From: Octopus bimaculoides
Taxonomy: Eukaryota
Direction of reading: 5' to 3'
DNA: 64,000 nucleotides
Assembly (NCBI RefSeq): GCF_001194135.2
Contig: NC_068982.1
Coordinates: 178,781,002-178,845,001 of the forward strand
A program made the translations under genes and the position numbers. The notes under the pieces are model-generated. The model saw nothing but the letters and a program-made list of their open reading frames with translations, was not told the origin of the DNA and ran no database searches. Positions within the stretch are counted from its first letter, which is position 1. The number at the start of each line of letters is the position of its first letter. Positions 40,546 to 53,240 of this stretch are shown piece after piece.

Positions 40546-40847
40546 AACATATCAACATCTGATAAAGGTACACATGTATGTGAATACACATTTTATATCT
40601 CGTCATACTGTAAACAGACATGCATATTAACATTTTCAGTCATGAACACGTAATTGTATATCGACATTTATGCACATAATGAACAGGTACCGCTACTTCA
40701 AAATCTCAACAAGTAAACGCATATCTGTGTGCCACCATCTTTAAATAACAACTGTTTCATTTAATGTGTCCAGGGGTTTGTCTTTCAACGCTGTTTTGTT
40801 CTGTTTTGTTATCCCTGGACACATAGCTATTTGCTATAGGTATTTAA

Positions 40848-41153
40848 TGTAAATTGATGAGTTAATTTACTAAAAATTCGAAAGAAATTTGGAAAATTTG
40901 TACATAAACACGTACGTACAAATTTATTTGAAAGAGTCAAGATTTGAAATCCACAACTGTGTAGGAGCTGGGATAGTAAGTTAAAACTTGAGAGCATATG
41001 ACAGTAGTCAGGGTAACAAAAACGCTAAATAAGACAGTTTAGGAAACAAAAATTTCACGTGTTGCATATATGTATAAATTTGTACGTACGTGTTTATGTA
41101 CATATTTTCCTATTTTTTTCCGGATTTTTAATAAATTAACTCATCAATTTGCA
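40848..41153. mobile_element. MITE-like element with 80-bp inverted arms and a 146-bp spacer
   Basis: 40848-40927 versus the reverse complement of 41074-41153 matches at 72 of 80 positions; the inner 29 bp are perfect. Confidence 0.75.
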
Positions 41154-41469
41154 TGACATTAGCAACGTTGCTTTGACTTCATGAAAATTACGCATCTGGT
41201 CAACTTGGGAGTTGCTTTAGGCAAATAATCTTTTGTGAAAGCTTATTCAGCAGTGGTTTAAACAATTTCCTAAAAACACAATCCTTGCTTGGCAAAGACA
41301 TGTAGTGAAGGCAACATTGTTAGGAACGTGGAAATGATGCATTTTATGCGTGTTAGGATAGTAGGTATTCAACAGATAGTATTTTAAATGGAAATAGGCC
41401 GTCGATATGTTTCATGAGATCGTTCTTTACATATTGTGTCCTTGATTTTCAAACTTCAAATATATGTTT

Positions 41470-42240
41470 TACATGCCTAGTAGTACGGAGAATAGGAATT
41501 TTGCTAGAACTGACAGTACCATGGGAAGAGAACATCGACAATGCAGAGAAACGAAAGGAGAAGAGATACGAAAAACTAATCGAAGAGTGCAGAGAACAGG
41601 GATGGACTGTCGAGTACTACCATCTGGCAGTGGGGGCTAGAGGCTTCATTGAAAGAAAAATGACAACGCTATTCAAGAGAAGATTTGCGTTTTCAAACTC
41701 TGAACTGAGAAAACTGATAAGGAGGATACAGGAGGCGGTCGAAAAAGCCAGCTTCTATATATGGCTGAAGCGGGAAGACCAAATATGGCTTGAAAGTCAT
41801 AACATGCCGACAGAAAAATAACATCATTAGGTGAGACAGGCTGACGCTGAAGTGGCTTCGCTGATTGACAGGTTACGGTCTCGGTTAGAGCATGCGTGGG
41901 CTAAAATTACGCGCCCTCCATTATCAGTTAAAGTTTAGACAGTGTCACGTGACAACTTGCTGGGGCTGCCTACTGGACCTTAGCAGTGGGAAATTTAGAC
42001 AGTGTCATGTGATAACTTACTCGGGAAACCTGCTGGAGCCTAACAGCAGTAATAAAAAGGGGAATTTGACAAGACAGTCAGTCGGACGCTGACACTCGTT
42101 GATGTGCATCGTAAAAACGGTAGAGGAGTAGGGGCCGAAACCGGACGTGATTCTTCCTGATGATGTCCTGAGCTAACTGGATCCTATAAAGGAGCTGTTG
42201 TGGTAGCAGACCACGAAACATGGTTGAAATTCCTCCTAGT
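41470..42240 (+). mobile_element. 5'-truncated RLE-type non-LTR retrotransposon (HERO/NeSL-like): endonuclease C-terminus and 3' UTR
   Basis: Open frame to the stop at 41821: ILLELTVPWEENI..A..RK..RY..LIEEC...GW....LAVGARGF...EKASFYIWLKR, a typical C-terminal restriction-like endonuclease region. Confidence 0.85.
42190..42237 (+). ncRNA. Candidate degenerate type I hammerhead ribozyme at the 3' end of the HERO-like element
   Basis: Helix I aggag(42190-42194)/ctcct(42233-42237); ctgtt in place of CUGAUGA; stem II gtggt/accac (42200-42214) directly followed by GAAAC (42215-42219); TC at 42231-42232. Confidence 0.35.
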
Positions 42241-43122
42241 TAGTTTCAAGTTGTTGGATGAAAATATTAGTGACAGTTTCATAACAAAACTAGGATGCTG
42301 CAATGATACCGGATTGTTTCTATGATCAAGGTATTTTGGCAACAGTAACCGAGTTCATCTGACTATTATTTCCTGTTCGTAGTCGTAACAAATCAGACCA
42401 ACAATGATATTCTCACCATCTTTCTTTTATCAGACATTGTGCATTTAGGTCTACATATATTTTGCTTTTATAAAATGGTAAAATTTGACTGACTACATAG
42501 AGATTCACTCGCTTACTCAGTCAGGGCTTCTAAATAAATACACGGTTGATACGATGTATGTAGAGATACATACATTCATACATACCATACATACGTTGAT
42601 ACGGTTATTCACAGCAATTCAATGTAATATTAAGTTTCTCCGATAGGGTAAGCGAAAACAAACACTCTATCAAGAGACACATATACCTTACCAAATTAAC
42701 AACAATGCAAAAAGAAAAACTAAGCGCTAACCTTATTGTTCCTAGTTGTTAGGTGAATACTAACAACTGCTTAAGATAGAAATTTACGTCAGAAACTTTG
42801 AATATTGTAAATAAATGACGAATGTTTCGACTTGCATAAACAACAAGCGTGCAACATCTCTCTCTGAAAGAAAAACAGTAACTCACAATAGAATCTGCTC
42901 CTCAATAACTTACTTTTTCTTACCTAGTTTATTCTAAATTATAAATAATGTCCTAAAATATTTGGTAGTAAAAAAAAAAATTAAAAAAATATTTCTTGAA
43001 AGTTTTTCATAATTAATATGGTACATAGTTTTGGTATTATACAACCAAAATAAATACTAGCCCACATTGTTTTATGTTTTTAGGCTACCTTCATTATAAA
43101 TATATATAGTTTCAACGTTCTA

Positions 43123-43197
43123 ATGTATGTATGTATGTATGTATGTATGTATGTATGTATGTATGTATGTATGTATGTATGTATGCATGTATGTATG

Positions 43198-43242
<45 letters not shown>

Positions 43243-43278
43243 CTATCTATCTATCTATCAATCTATCTATCTATCAGT
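43123..43278. repeat. Compound microsatellite (ATGT)n-(CT)n-(CTAT)n
   Basis: Seen directly. Confidence 0.95.
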
Positions 43279-44616
43279 TATCATGAAAACATACTTATAA
43301 ATACATAAACACATACCCTTTACTACTTTTTTATACTGCTATTTTCAAGTAAATTGGTGGGTTAATTTAATAGCAATTGGGAAGAAAAGTGAGACAGGAG
43401 TAGATTTTAGAAATGTGTATATATACGCGTATGCACAAACCTATTCGCATATAAATATGTGCAAAAACATATGTATAGCAGTAGATTACGAAGAAGGAAA
43501 ATAACTACTGCAATATTATTCTGGAAAAATATTCCTGCTTATATATTTTTGTGAAGATGTGTGTATTTATTTTCAGATTTGTCATTATTTTATTACTGCC
43601 CAAATGACTATTTATCTAAATCTGTAGTCAGTTCTCTTCCATCGTAGCATTCAATTGTATTTTCAATTATTTACCCATCTATTTTCCCCAGTAATCTCTC
43701 TCTGTCTTTATTTATGCCTTCCTATCATTATTACTTGTCACAACGAAATACTACGCATATACTGTTATTTCTCCAGACATTGCATTTATTTCAAATACAC
43801 ATACACACAACTTCCTTATTTCTATATTTTTTCACTCTTCCATCTTTTATTGATCCAATTATCCGACATGATTTTATTTTCCACTTAGTCATCTACGCAA
43901 TATTAAAATTTCTGACTTCTTTCTTTACCATTTTCCGGTTAATTTATTTCTTCTTTTATTCTGATTTTGGTTAAATTTTTGCACATTTTCTCTTATTTTC
44001 CTCTCCATTTCACTAATTATTTTCTGCAGTAAAATATAGATTCCACCAAAGTTCTGAATATATTTTATTTATTTAATTATTTTGCCGGCATTCTGAAATT
44101 ACCATATTCTTGAAGAAATTTTTCTGGTTGATGTAACATGCCATAGGAAACAGAAATAACTCCTATAAATACGATCAGTTAAGTCTAATCAATCAATTCT
44201 GGAGATACAGTTACGTTCAGGATTTCTTAAAATACTTCTAAAAGAGAGAGCAAACTACGTTTATATTCCGTATCTTAGATATGCTGGCCCACTGGGGTAA
44301 ATATGTATTATTAATAGTGATGCTGGGCAGAAAACTCTAAATGCTATCTGGCATTCTTGCACTCAGTAAAATTTGCAAACATATGGGAGAACGATAACTG
44401 ACTGTAACGGTAGAATTTGAAGGAGAAATTATGAATTTCAATAGTTAACTTCCTTTACAATGACATCTCTCAATTGCTAGGTATAACCACAGATATGAAC
44501 GATGTTTAAAAGATTGTAAGTTATACGGAGTACTGGTAAAGGAATAAACTGCTTAATACTTTATACAGACAAAACAAAAAAAAAAACAAAAAGGTAACCT
44601 AGGGTATTTTCTTGAG

Positions 44617-44736
44617 GTAAACGTATATAATTATAATAAACTTTGCTATGGAAGGATTTTTTTTGCAGCGTTTAGACGTAAACGTATATAATTATAATAA
44701 ACTTTGCTATGGAAGGATTTTTTTTTGCAGCGTTTA
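44617..44736. repeat. Tandem duplication with a period of 61 bp
   Basis: 44617-44674 and 44678-44736 are identical except for one extra T. Confidence 0.95.
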
Positions 44737-45519
44737 ATTAATCAACATTCTTGGAGATAGACAGAATAGTATATTTCGAGAAAAACATCTACAATCATGT
44801 CTAAAAAGAAGTATTTTTCGTCTTTACATATATGTGATATTGGACATTCAAATACTGGTTGTGTTAAGTAAAAAATGTTATTTAAATCTGATTAAATCAG
44901 TAGAATATAATTAGTCATATAGGCTCCGGACATGGATACGTGCGCTCTTAACACCGTTGTGAGCTCATAAAACATAGAGTTTGCCATAAACCTAAAGTTA
45001 ATTCCCTTATCCATTAATACTAACATTAATCTATTTTCGTTTAGGACATCATTTTGTATTTGTTTTGGATCAGTTGGTTTAGCAGGTAGCTAACTCGTGT
45101 TAATAAACAAAACTGACAGACTAAGCGTTCATTCAGTTTATCAATATTTTGAATTCAGCAAAGCAAATAGCTGGATGTGTGATTAAACTGACATATTTAA
45201 CATTCAGATAATTCCAATTAATTGATGTGTTTCCGAAAATTTACCCCCTGTCGATGCGATCATGTGGAAAGCAGGTAATATACATGAATACGCACACATA
45301 TTTAGAATAAAAACACAGATAATAACATAGAATATATTCAAAATATATATGGCTACATTAAGAGGAATATATTCGAAAAACAGAAAGAGAGTACACGAAA
45401 GTACACAGAAAAAGAGTACCTACCTAGACTATAATGAAACACATCTCATGTTCAAATATAATCCAAAGCGATGCAGCAGTGGTCATATCCATGACTGACA
45501 AATTGAGATTTGTGCGCGT

Positions 45520-45952
45520 ATTCTTTCCTACTCAAGGCACAAGGCCCGACATTTTTGGGGATGGGGACAGTCGATTAGATCGACCCCGGGACGCAACTGG
45601 TAATTAATTAATCGACCCCGAAAAGATGAAAGGCAAAGTCGACCTCGGTGGAATTTGAACTCAATACATAAAGACAGACGAAATACCGCTAAGCATTTCG
45701 CCCGGCGTGCTAACGTTTCTTATTTCTTTATTGCCCACAAGGAACTAAACATAAAGGAGACAAACAGAGGACAGACAAATGGATTAAGTCGATTACATCG
45801 ACCCAAGTGCGTAACTGGTACTTAATTTATCGAGCCCGAAAGGATGAGAGGCAAAGTCGACCTCGGCGGAATTTGAACTCAGGACGTAACGGCAGACGAA
45901 ATACCGGTAAGCATTTCGCCCGGTGTGCTAACGTTTCTGCCAGAGCGCCGCC
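45520..45952 (-). mobile_element. Dimeric SINE A: two monomers with different 3' tails, flanked by a TSD
   Basis: Monomers 45721-45952 and 45520-45720 share the core; flanks tttgtgcgcgt (45509-45519) and tttgtgcgagt (45953-45963). Confidence 0.85.
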
Positions 45953-48900
45953 TTTGTGCGAGTCTTAACAGAAATTCAGTTGAGTTTTAACTTTAAGAAG
46001 CAGAGTGTAGGTAAGATATTTAAGGAGGAAGTTTAGGAAAGAGAGAAGAATCTCATCTAAAATTTACTAGTTATCTACTTATCTCATTATCTACATTTAT
46101 ATGAAGGGAAACTCTTTTTCGTACATTGTGTGCTTATTTGAATTTTTGTAATGGAACTTCCATTCCCTTTATTAGTTCTTTTGAGCAATAATGTTTCCTA
46201 GCTAGGTGACGAACTTCGAGCTCTCGCAGTTTTAACTATACGCTATAGTTGATAATTATTGAGAGTAACTTTAGTAAGTGGACAAGGGCATATATTGTTT
46301 CGTATATATTGTAATCAATGGATTTACGCGTTTGACTATATATTAAGTCGATTACATATTGTCATCAATTGATTTACGCGTTCAGTAACGGGTAACCGTG
46401 CTCAGTGCTTTTGTGGATGATATATCTGTGTATTTGATATGCATAAACCCACCTAATCACACACACACACGCACACACACACACGTGCACACATATGCGC
46501 GCGCACACAGACACACATACACAGAGGCACACAAATGCTGAAATTTCGTAAATCAGGGTACAAACAAACACTTACTATTTACAGAATGATCTTTTAAAAT
46601 GTCATAGGTGAGTGACTAAAATACAGAAGATGCTTAATAAGTCTGCAGTAATGAAAGAAAGTCACAAAGATATGTAGAATATATAATATACCTATATTTA
46701 CCGTGCGTGTCTATTAAACATTTTAAAATTGAAATACTAGAGAGTATTTTGTCCTGTTTATTACATATTTGATTAATTTTTGTCTGAATGTCTCACTTAG
46801 TTTAAGTGAATTTTGAGAGCTATTTGTTTTCTATTTACTCTCACTGATAGTTATTTTCGAAATATTACTGAATATTATGTCTGCTGATTTTTCATGACAA
46901 AACAAATATAGTATAAATGGCATAGATATCAGCTTTTCTTTTTTCTTTTATTTTCAAACTAAATTGACATATCGCTGATGAAAATTATTTCATTAATTGA
47001 GCAAACACGCTTCTTTATTAACTTTTAACATTTCGAATTATTTTCATAAATTCCTACACAAAACAAAGTTTCCAGAAAAGTATAGGATAATTATTGAAAT
47101 TTATAACTGAGAATTTCTAATTTACATTGACCGATAAGTGTTTTCAATTAAATAAAGTTAATTACTAAATGTAAAATGACTATATTTGTTGACAAATAGG
47201 CGAAAGTAATCTCATGCAAATTACAAAACAAACAAATCAATCTAGTTTAAGGCATGTGCATCATTAATATAGCTGAAATCATTTCTATATCTGTTCAATA
47301 TCATAGTTATGCTGTTTGGCATGTGACACATATTGGTTCCAGTTTGCTTTTAAGGACTTCTCTTAATATTATAATGCATTTAAGAAAGATGCACAGATAT
47401 TTATACATTTTAATATATATTTTGGACAAGAATGAAAATTGTGGTAAAGACTATCGTAGACTCTCCCACGCACATCGTATTACTGCATTAATGTTCAGTA
47501 TTAACACTTGCATGTTGATTGTAGAAACAAAAATCCAGATCCAAGGGATATTGGAGAAGTTTGTCCACCAGTCGGCGGAAAATTTTCACCATTGTGATAA
47601 GCGTGCTTCTACAGATATAGTACAGATGACGAAAAATTGACAGAGGGATGTAGCAGTTACGTGAGAGTAGAGTTGCTATGTAATTAGCTCTAAAGAAGAG
47701 ACGTTTTTGCATAATATGCAGAAGAGAAACAGTAACGGGAAGAAGTAGCTACATATTCAAAAATAAAGCGTGTTCGTGCGTCCTTTGTTACTAATCAGCC
47801 GATATTTTGCATTTGGTTTAGGATATTTTAATGTGCAGTAGCAGAACTAGGTAATATATTGTCTAAATATGAAGCAATAGATGAAATATTTACTGTTCCT
47901 GAAGTGGATCGCTAGTCATTTGTACCAACTTTGAATGTTTAACTTGTGTGCTGCACAATGGTGTAGGTGCTGATAAACAATATGGTTTACCTTATGTGAG
48001 AGGTCTTTGTATCCTTGAGAAATTAAATTCTTTACATTACAGTGATTGTACAATGTATGTAAAGAAATTAAAGTATCTTTATGAAAGATTGTATCGAAGA
48101 TAGGAAAAATAACAGCAACTTCAAAAGTAACAGGTGTCCTTGCTATAAACCAAGGCAACATATTTGAAGATAAAACCACATATGCCTTTCCTTTGTTAAT
48201 GCTCTATTTATAATACCAAGAATCACTCGGTAATTATGGCTGAATATTCTACAGTAGCTATATGTAGTTGTATATTTGGCGATGAATTGTAGTTCTCAAT
48301 CATATTCGTTTTGCTGCAGATCATGTCGCTCGTCTCTCAATTTACTGAGTAAAGTTTGCTTTCTTTATCTCTAATGGAAGCACAAATTGTAAAGTTGGTT
48401 AAAACTGTATGTTTTATTCATATGTACAGTTACTCGAACTTTACTTGAAATCTCAATAGTAGTTTTCTCCACCAATGTAAACCTCGTAATATGATAATGC
48501 CAAATATTCATGCGCGTCCTGAACTATCGCTGATATCTGCAAGCTGTGACATTTGTGTAAACAACGATTTTTAAAAAATGTATTCTGATTTTAACGGAAA
48601 CTGTGAATAGTAACCGACATAAGAATATATTTCTTTGGACGATTAACTTTATGCTTATAGTTAAAAATAGCCTCACAATCTCTTGGCTGGATTTTTCTTC
48701 GATCGCCACAGGTGTCTTATTGTAGTAGAACTAAGTAATTTGCTTGGAAAAGGCGTGTAATAAATTTGAATAAACCAATCACTTACACAATCATGTTAAA
48801 ACATTATCAGGATGTCTTATTTTCCTTTGAGAGGTGAGAAAGCATAAGCCATATTCGATCATAACACATTTTATCATTCTCGGTTACTTCAATGCATACA

Positions 48901-50274
48901 CATTTTATTGGGTTTGAAATTCGTTCCTGTCCATAAAAAACACAATCATTCACTCACCCGAAAAGCCTGTACATGTTAGTATATAACTTTAAAGGAATCT
49001 TCGAGTGATTTGGGGTCTTCTATAAACTTCAGTCTTTTAATCGCCTCTTAAAAAAGACCAACTCTACGCAGAAAGTCACCAACTTATCACTCAGTGATAA
49101 TCTGATTGTTGTATATTGAATATTTTTACAATCTGAGCAACCAAAGCTCTTACCGAGTGTAAAGAATTCTACAATGACTGCAATCAATCAAACTTAAAAC
49201 TATGAGAATATTTCTATCTTATAATAATACTAGAACCCCAATTCTCAACAGTTTCCACTCAAAGAGAAATTTTCTAAAACCATGACAACACACAACAGTG
49301 TTTCGCAGTGTGAAGAACAGCTTCTTTCTAATGCAATTAATCACAAGCATTCTTGCTATCACATCCGACTTCTTAACGACGATGGGAATAAATTTGCATC
49401 CCGTTCATTAAATCCAGTCAATCTTTTCCTTATCAGTGATCATTGAGACGTTTCCCTAGTAATTAATCTGCGAGACACTTTCTATATTTCGTCACTTACT
49501 CTTCAAGAAACGTCGACAGAAACAATATTTTTCTCATGAAACAGAAAGGTCGACCAGTGTGTCTAATACTAGGACCTTCAACGTAAGTTGCCCGCTGATA
49601 TGTTCCCAATATATTTCAAATGTCACACACATCCACCGCAGTGGATGTATGTGCTATTTCTATATCTACTTTTGCTTACATATAACTATTCTTTTTATCA
49701 CAAAGTTAAGTTACGTCTCTCCAAATATCTTCACTCTGTATGTCAACGACCTCATTTTTTCACGTTTAATAACACACAGAGTTATGCTGATAATACCGTC
49801 ATTCATACAAAAGCCAAAATTTAAAAAAAGGAATAAATAGAAAAAAAAAACGATTCTGTACATATCATGAAGACAGACTTATGTCACTCTATTCCTACAT
49901 ATATGAAGTAGACAGTCTCATGTTACACCATTTCCATATATATTAAGCATACAAACTTGTTACGTTATTCCTGCATATAAACTACACACATCAAAAAGCC
50001 ATAAAGATTTGAAGAGACTTTCAACATTAGTAGAAAATATATGGTGATAATAATGATGAGAATGATGAGAATAATAATGGTGATATTGATGATATATGTG
50101 TAAGTTGTATTAAATCTTTTTCCTGAAGCATTACGACAAAAATGTATTATGTATATTTAATGAGACACGGTTCTATGATCTGTCTACAGATACTTGTTAA
50201 CTATTGCCAAACATATTCAAGTAAGCTGTATTTCCTAACGTGCTGTCATAATATATATGTATATGAATATATAT

Positions 50275-50308
<34 letters not shown>

Positions 50309-50726
50309 NNNNNNNNNNNNNNNNNNNNNNNNNNNNNNNNNNNNNNNNNNNNNNNNNNNNNNNNNNNNNNNNNNNNNNNNNNNNNNNNNNNNNNNNNNNN
50401 NNNNNNNNNNNNNNNNNNNNNNNNNNNNNNNNNNNNNNNNNNNNNNNNNNNNNNNNNNNNNNNNNNNNNNNNNNNNNNNNNNNNNNNNNNNNNNNNNNNN
50501 NNNNNNNNNNNNNNNNNNNNNNNNNNNNNNNNNNNNNNNNNNNNNNNNNNNNNNNNNNNNNNNNNNNNNNNNNNNNNNNNNNNNNNNNNNNNNNNNNNNN
50601 NNNNNNNNNNNNNNNNNNNNNNNNNNNNNNNNNNNNNNNNNNNNNNNNNNNNNNNNNNNNNNNNNNNNNNNNNNNNNNNNNNNNNNNNNNNNNNNNNNNN
50701 NNNNNNNNNNNNNNNNNNNNNNNNNN

Positions 50727-50780
<54 letters not shown>

Positions 50781-51025
50781 CGTAGTGTGTGTGTGTGTGT
50801 GTGTATGTGTGTGTGTGTGTATACATGTTACATACACAAATTTAAATAAAAGGTCGTTCCTGAGACATAGGCTAAACAAGACTCGTTTTCCGGATTCAAT
50901 GACGTATATATCTCCCAGGGTACAGAACGCCAGTCTCCAACTGGATTACTAGCTTTTGTCGGTTCAGGAAGCGAAACTATAATCTTGCATTAACACCCTA
51001 ACACGTACGTCATGCACCTGCACAT

Positions 51026-51072
<47 letters not shown>

Positions 51073-51074
51073 AT

Positions 51075-51135
51075 AAAGACCCTCTTCAGTCTCGAATAGC
51101 CACGGGATTGCATCGAGGACGTTCTCCTTCGAGCC
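51075..51135 (-). mobile_element. Remnant of the SINE C 3' tail
   Basis: ccctcttcagtctcgaatagccacgggattgcatcgaggacgttctcc resembles 1668-1725. Confidence 0.45.
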
Positions 51136-51844
51136 ACGAGGAAAAGGAGGTACTTAGCATTTTGGATTAAAAATATTTATTTACCACTTTTGACTGAGTC
51201 ATCATGAATTATATATTTATTGAAAATCCATATTTTATTTATATTTATTGTTAGTTGAAAAAGATCCGGAGTTAAAAAATCTTGAGTTAAATTTTGGGAA
51301 GTGGTTATTTTGGGAGTGGTTGGGATGTTCCTTGTTATTTTAAGTCTAAACGTGTTTGTATAGATGTGTGTACGTATCATTTTATATATGAATGTGCGTG
51401 TATGTGTATTTGGTCAATTTTTTTTTGGGGGGGGGGGGCGGAATTGGTTAGAGAGAGAAAAAGAAAAAAGAAAAAGACATGAAGAAAGAATGAAAGAGGT
51501 GTCTTTTTTTTCTGGTGTGGCTGAAAGTCAAAAGAGAAATTTCTCTTTTTGCTCAGTTGTTGCGTTACTTAGCTGTAGAAAATCGTATCTATCAAATTAT
51601 GTTGGAAGGTCTCTTGATTAGTGTGTATTTAAGAGTGTCTGTGCATGTGTGTTCTATGTTGGTTGCCTAAGTGAGTTTTTCCGGTTATTTTAGTAACAGT
51701 CTGGGGACATTATTATTATTATTAATAATAATAATAATATCCAGTGGTACTCTGATTTGGCTCATGTGGGACGCTATTGTTTTGATAAGCATTTTTCATG
51801 TTTTTATAAATATATTTTTTATGCGTTCAGTTTATTCTTTTATT

Positions 51845-52050
51845 CTTTCATTATTTTACTTGTTTCAGTCATTTCACTGCGGCCATGCTGAAGCATCGCC
51901 TTTAGTCAAAAAAATCGACCCCAGGACTTATTCTTTGTAAGCCTGGAACTTATTGTATCGATGTCTTTTGCCGAACCGCTATATTACGGAGACGTGAAAA
52001 CACTAACATCGGTTGTCAAGCGATGGTCTGGGACAAATACTGACACGCAA
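51845..52050 (-). mobile_element. 3' half of SINE family B, running into (TA)n and a gap
   Basis: Highly similar to 30215-30420. Confidence 0.85.
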
Positions 52051-52132
52051 ATATATACATATATATNNNNNNNNNNNNNNNNNNNNNNNNNNNNNNNNNN
52101 NNNNNNNNNNNNNNNNNNNNNNNNNNNNNNTT

Positions 52133-52295
52133 CTATCCAGGAGTAAGAAATCACTTTCTTTATCACCGCCAGCATTTCAGTTCCACAATTCGCCCACTAA
52201 CATCAGTGGTCTATTGAATTCAACAAGTACAGAACCTGTAAGATCCTCACTAACTCTCAGTCGAATCACTTCTACATCAACAGTGGTCAAACCAC
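52133..52295. repeat. 163-bp dispersed direct repeat, copy 1 (copy 2 at 55545-55707)
   Basis: Ungapped alignment with 14 substitutions. Confidence 0.9.
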
Positions 52296-52561
52296 AAAGG
52301 AAAGGAATGTTCTCCATGGAAATTCAGCGCACACTAGAACATGAACGGGCAAGACAAATGAAAATATACAAAATAAAAGAATTCTTTTTTTTTTGTGGTT
52401 TGACCGTAGATGGTCTATCTCTAGCATAATGGATGTCCACTTAGTGGTCATCTCTTCTCATATGCATGTAATATAATTTTTCTGAATTTTCTGAATTTTC
52501 TTTATGCTAGGTGAATGGTTTTAAATTGGTGTTAATTAAATTAATATCCATTTTATCACCC

Positions 52562-52722
<161 letters not shown>

Positions 52723-53044
52723 TTACATTATGCATACATACACACACACATATATATATTTATATGACGGTTTTTGTTTGTCAGCTTGTAAAACGAATAA
52801 TAATATATGTATGTTCATTCGTGTATGTACACATCTATATATGTATGTATATTGTGTTTTGAAATACATTACATCTACAAGAGATATTATCTTTGGATGA
52901 ATACATCAGTAACTTCCATTTGAATCATGTATTGACGTTAAGTACAATACGTTGATGGCAGCTTGAATTTAATATCGCTGTCATTGTATATAACGGATTT
53001 ATATGTGTGTATATATGTATCTGTACGGAGCTGTACAGAGAAAG

Positions 53045-53046
53045 AG

Positions 53047-53109
<63 letters not shown>

Positions 53110-53134
53110 AGGAGAAAAATAAAGAGCGAGAGAG

Positions 53135-53170
<36 letters not shown>

Positions 53171-53240
53171 TGGGTGGGTTATAGAGAGAGAGTGGGTGGG
53201 AAATAGAGAGTGAGAGAGAGAGGGAGTGAGAAATAGGGTA
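53045..53240. repeat. (GATA)n-(GA)n microsatellite and purine-rich tract
   Basis: Seen directly. Confidence 0.9.

Noticed and set aside
46306-46382. 27-bp imperfect direct repeat with period 50
   Set aside because: Only two copies, consistent with an ordinary slippage duplication; not CRISPR-like
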